Origin: Macrostomum hystrix
Taxonomy: Eukaryota; Animalia; Platyhelminthes
DNA length: 64,000 bases
Assembly (NCBI GenBank): GCA_950097015.1
Contig: CATNEN010000013.1
Span: forward strand, 682,001-746,000
Reading direction: 5' to 3'
Shown: positions 61,217 to 64,000 of the stretch, piece after piece
Layout: every line of letters starts with the position of its first letter
Position numbering within the stretch: position 1 is the first letter of the stretch
The notes under the pieces: generated by a model
The model's database searches: none
What the model was told of the DNA's origin: nothing
The model's input: the letters and a program-made list of their open reading frames with translations, nothing else
Program-made: the position numbers and the translations under genes

Positions 61217-61579
61217 AAACTCCAACCGAGGCGCCAACAACGATAGCAGTTTCAACAACTCGACCGGCCATCACCGAGGCAAACACCAGTGTTTCCTATC
61301 GGGTGCTAAAGTACACAGATTCCTTCGTGCAGATCACCTGCGGCTCCAGGTATTCTTCTCCGCAGCTGTACTATTGGCGCTTCTTCAAAGACAATCAGCC
61401 GGTGGACCTGAAATCCGAAGAGTATCCGCCGCCCTACATGCAATTCAGCGACGTTCTCAGCCTGGTCATGGCCAGCCAGAGGTCCCTAGCTCGATTTTAC
61501 CAAGGAGTCTACATCTGCCGAACCTACGACCAGGCGACCGGCCGGCTTGTGTGGAATGAAGTTACCCACCTGAGTTTTG
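61217..61579 (+). CDS. Receptor exon: Thr/Pro linker + Ig5 (VQITC..YYWRFFKD...YQGVYICRT)
   Basis: Acceptor accggcag| at 61216, donor TTTG|gtgagt at 61580, 363 nt, phase 1-1. Confidence 0.88.
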
Positions 61580-61756
61580 GTGAGTCAGATGTTGCTTCAC
61601 TACTGTGTCGTGTTTCTAAGCCTTAAAACTGAAAATGGATTTTTTTGCTTCTTTATCTCTGAATATTACACATTCAATTTTTCGGCAATTAATGCTCTGC
61701 TCACTAGACTGAACTCAATAGTTTAACTACAAACTGCGCTCATATAAACCACACAG

Positions 61757-61921
61757 AGCCGAGTCCGACAGAAAAGAAAATCGAAGCGACCTCTCAGGGC
61801 ACGTCGACTGCTGAAGACTCCAGACCGACTGAGGCGCCGCCGGCCGTCGCTGGCGAAGGAGCCTCAGGTGCGTCCTCTGGCGGTCCAGGTCAAGAAGTCA
61901 TCGATGTTGGAGAGCCGATCG
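61757..61921 (+). CDS. Receptor exon: low-complexity S/T/E/G/P linker
   Basis: Acceptor accacacag| at 61756, donor ATCG|gtgagt at 61922, 165 nt, phase 1-1, open frame. Confidence 0.75.
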
Positions 61922-62449
61922 GTGAGTGGCAAAATATTCTCCAAGCCTTTTCTCAATTGAAACCAACAGTAATGTCGGAACTGCTTTCCTCCAGAATGTG
62001 TTTGGTCCCCGTTGCCTTTGTGTCACGTTCTTACATTTCTACTTTTAGTACAGTATAATGTATATTTTCCCGCCCCGCCCCCATCTATTCCTCTGTCAAA
62101 AGTGAAATTAGCACCCGATCGATATTTTCCGTTTTCCAAACCACCTTTTCGCCAGCCAATCAGCGCTCTTTCCAACCCCTCACCCTCCCAGCTCCTTGAG
62201 GCGCTCTAGTTATTGCACACCCCTTTTCTAAATTAAGTTTTTCTACTGGCTTTTCTTTAACTTTTTGGCCTCAGTCAACTGCTAGAAGTTCCGGCTGGTG
62301 TTGCAAGCTTGTCAGAGACTTTTCTCACCATTTTTTTCCTTAGGTAATATAGTTAATCTCATATTAAATCAATACAGATATTTACGATTTGACCTAGTCT
62401 TGTTAAGAACCGATGATATCTTTACTGCTCTTAGTTTTTGGGCGTTTTT

Positions 62450-62620
62450 TGAGAGTCCATTGGTTAGAGCTTCGAACTGCCAATCGAGAGGTTAGGAGTT
62501 CGAATCTCAGCCCAAGGGAAACTAAACTAAGCCGTCCGACATCAGCATAGTCGAATTATTCAGCGATCCTTGGCAAAGACCCTGGTGACAAGGACAACTA
62601 ACACTGTTCTGTATTAGAGA
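62450..62620 (+). mobile_element. Degenerate tRNA-derived SINE head
   Basis: ttggttagagc (A-like) and ggagttcgaatctcagccc (B-box), similar to ~40985-41005. Confidence 0.45.
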
Positions 62621-62679
62621 CTCTATTTTAGAGATCAAGGGAAGGTTTAAAAAATTATGTACTATTATTACCTTCGCAG

Positions 62680-63579
62680 TTGTGTCAGCGCCAGAAGTCA
62701 CCTTAGCTGAAGGCCCGCTGGCGCTGAACATCAGCTGGACGGTGTCTCCGCCGGGTGCGGCGTTTCGCATTCGCCGCTTTCGCGTCCAGCAGCACGAACT
62801 GGCGCCGGAGCCGAAGCGAAAACGCCGACTAGCAGACAGCTCAGAAGCTGCGGCGGCCTCCGCCTCCACTCACGCCGAGGCCGGTCTGCCAACAACCCTG
62901 GAGGAGGTGTCCGCCTCCGTTCAGTCGATTCTGTGGTCCGGCGTCAAGCCTCGCCGAGTCTATCAGTTTCGCGTCGCCTTCGACATCATCGGCAGCGCAT
63001 CGGCCAGTGGAGACGACGGTGTCAGCCCCTGGAGCCGGCCAGTCAGCTTCGCCCACGTTGTCGGCCCGGCGCCGCGCATCACAAGCGTGCCGCGTCATTC
63101 ACGAGAGCCGCTCACCTGGACCTACATTGGGGACGCTGGCGCCACCGGCTTTGTGGTCTGGGTGCGGAACCTGTCGGTGCCACAGCCGCATCGGCGCTAC
63201 ATCAAGTACTGGGTGGCCAACGGTTCGGCGAGGCAGTTTTTCTTCTACGATTTGGCCGCAGGTCCGAGCTACGAGCTGAGCCTGTTCGCCCGGCTGGCTG
63301 GCGTTCAGAGATCGCCTGACAGTCGCATCGAGTCGTTCAAGTTGGCTGGAGATGCCGACAATGGCGCCGGCGGTCGACAGTCGGACAGGCGAGGCGACCG
63401 CACTCGGGTGGACGGCGTCGGCGACAAGGAGGATTCATCATTGCCATCACCACCACTGCTGATCCTGCTGGTGCTGGCCGGAGCCATCGGGCTGCTGCTG
63501 CTGGCCGTCGGGTTTGTCTTCCTCGGACTCTGCCTGCGTAGGCTGAGACGCGATCGGAAGCTGCGGGCTCGCCTAACCA
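62680..63579 (+). CDS. Receptor exon: two FN3 domains, stalk, transmembrane helix, basic stop-transfer; gene continues beyond the window
   Basis: Acceptor ccttcgcag| at 62679, donor ACCA|gtaagt at 63580, 900 nt, phase 1-1. FN3 W..Y.F.V patterns. The second FN3 (GPAPRI..LTWTYI..GF..Y..V.GS..L..SY) resembles the membrane-proximal FN3 of CDON/BOC. TM at 63456-63536, followed by RRLRRDRK. Confidence 0.92.
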
Positions 63580-64000
63580 GTAAGTGACCCCTTATGTACC
63601 CGTATGCACCCTTGTTATGAACTGAGGCTGCTGATTTTAGAGGTCGTTAATTATACAGTGGACTAATCAAGACATAGGAGGGGGTGTTCCATCAGTACTT
63701 TTACTTTTTCATGCTGCTAAACAACTACCCAATGGATCAACACGATCTTAGTGTAGTTTTCCGTAGTCGTTTTTTAGCAGCACGAAAACATTTAGGTATT
63801 TGTGATCTGTGCCTTTCTCATAAGGTTGTCTTCAAATCCGTCTTCAAATCTAGCCATCTAATGCTACATTCGAACCACTTGATTCTTAATTTTACAGACG
63901 ACTCTTGGAGCAACAACATAACATACGGTAAATAAAATTGTTTCAATGATTAAATTGTTAAATTTAGCAATCCGGAACAAAATAGTTTTCAACTCGCTGT

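Noticed and set aside
63580-63587. Stop at 63585-63587 as the true end of the receptor
   Set aside because: A perfect gtaagt donor at 63580 in the gene's usual phase 1 suggests the cytoplasmic tail continues outside the window, though a short-tail read-through isoform is not excluded.

Overview
This is eukaryotic (metazoan, probably invertebrate) genomic DNA, not prokaryotic: GC-rich exons with GT-AG introns, and roughly 18 kb (~30%, hand estimate) of minisatellite arrays. The style resembles flatworm genomes such as Macrostomum, but that is inference only. All exons were spliced by hand and lie on the + strand. (1) An IQ-motif locus at 1-14294. A 5'-truncated giant exon (1-2154) encodes an acidic region, ~320 aa of EEQRKL/EEQL repeats and one IQ motif. 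It is followed by a Cys-rich exon (3521-3793) and a 6-exon, 460-aa protein (7179-14294) with a GAP-43-like Cys/polybasic N-terminus and four GAP-43/SPA17-type IQ motifs separated by His/Gln-rich spacers. All junctions are phase-compatible with these being one gene. (2) A type I membrane receptor (signal-peptide exon 32337-32499, exons 52630-63579, running past the window end) with 5 Ig + 2 FN3 + TM, whose motifs best match the CDON/BOC/Ihog Hedgehog co-receptor family. The introns hold more than 20 minisatellite arrays in several related families, at least two tRNA-derived SINE families (one full-length copy with target-site duplication; an inverted pair flanking the Ig4 exon), a hAT transposon end, RFX X-boxes and E-box/CCAAT modules. 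Most long ORFs in the supplied track are artefacts of tandem repeats. No CRISPR array, rRNA or intact tRNA gene was found. No database searches were run; family assignments rest on recalled motifs.
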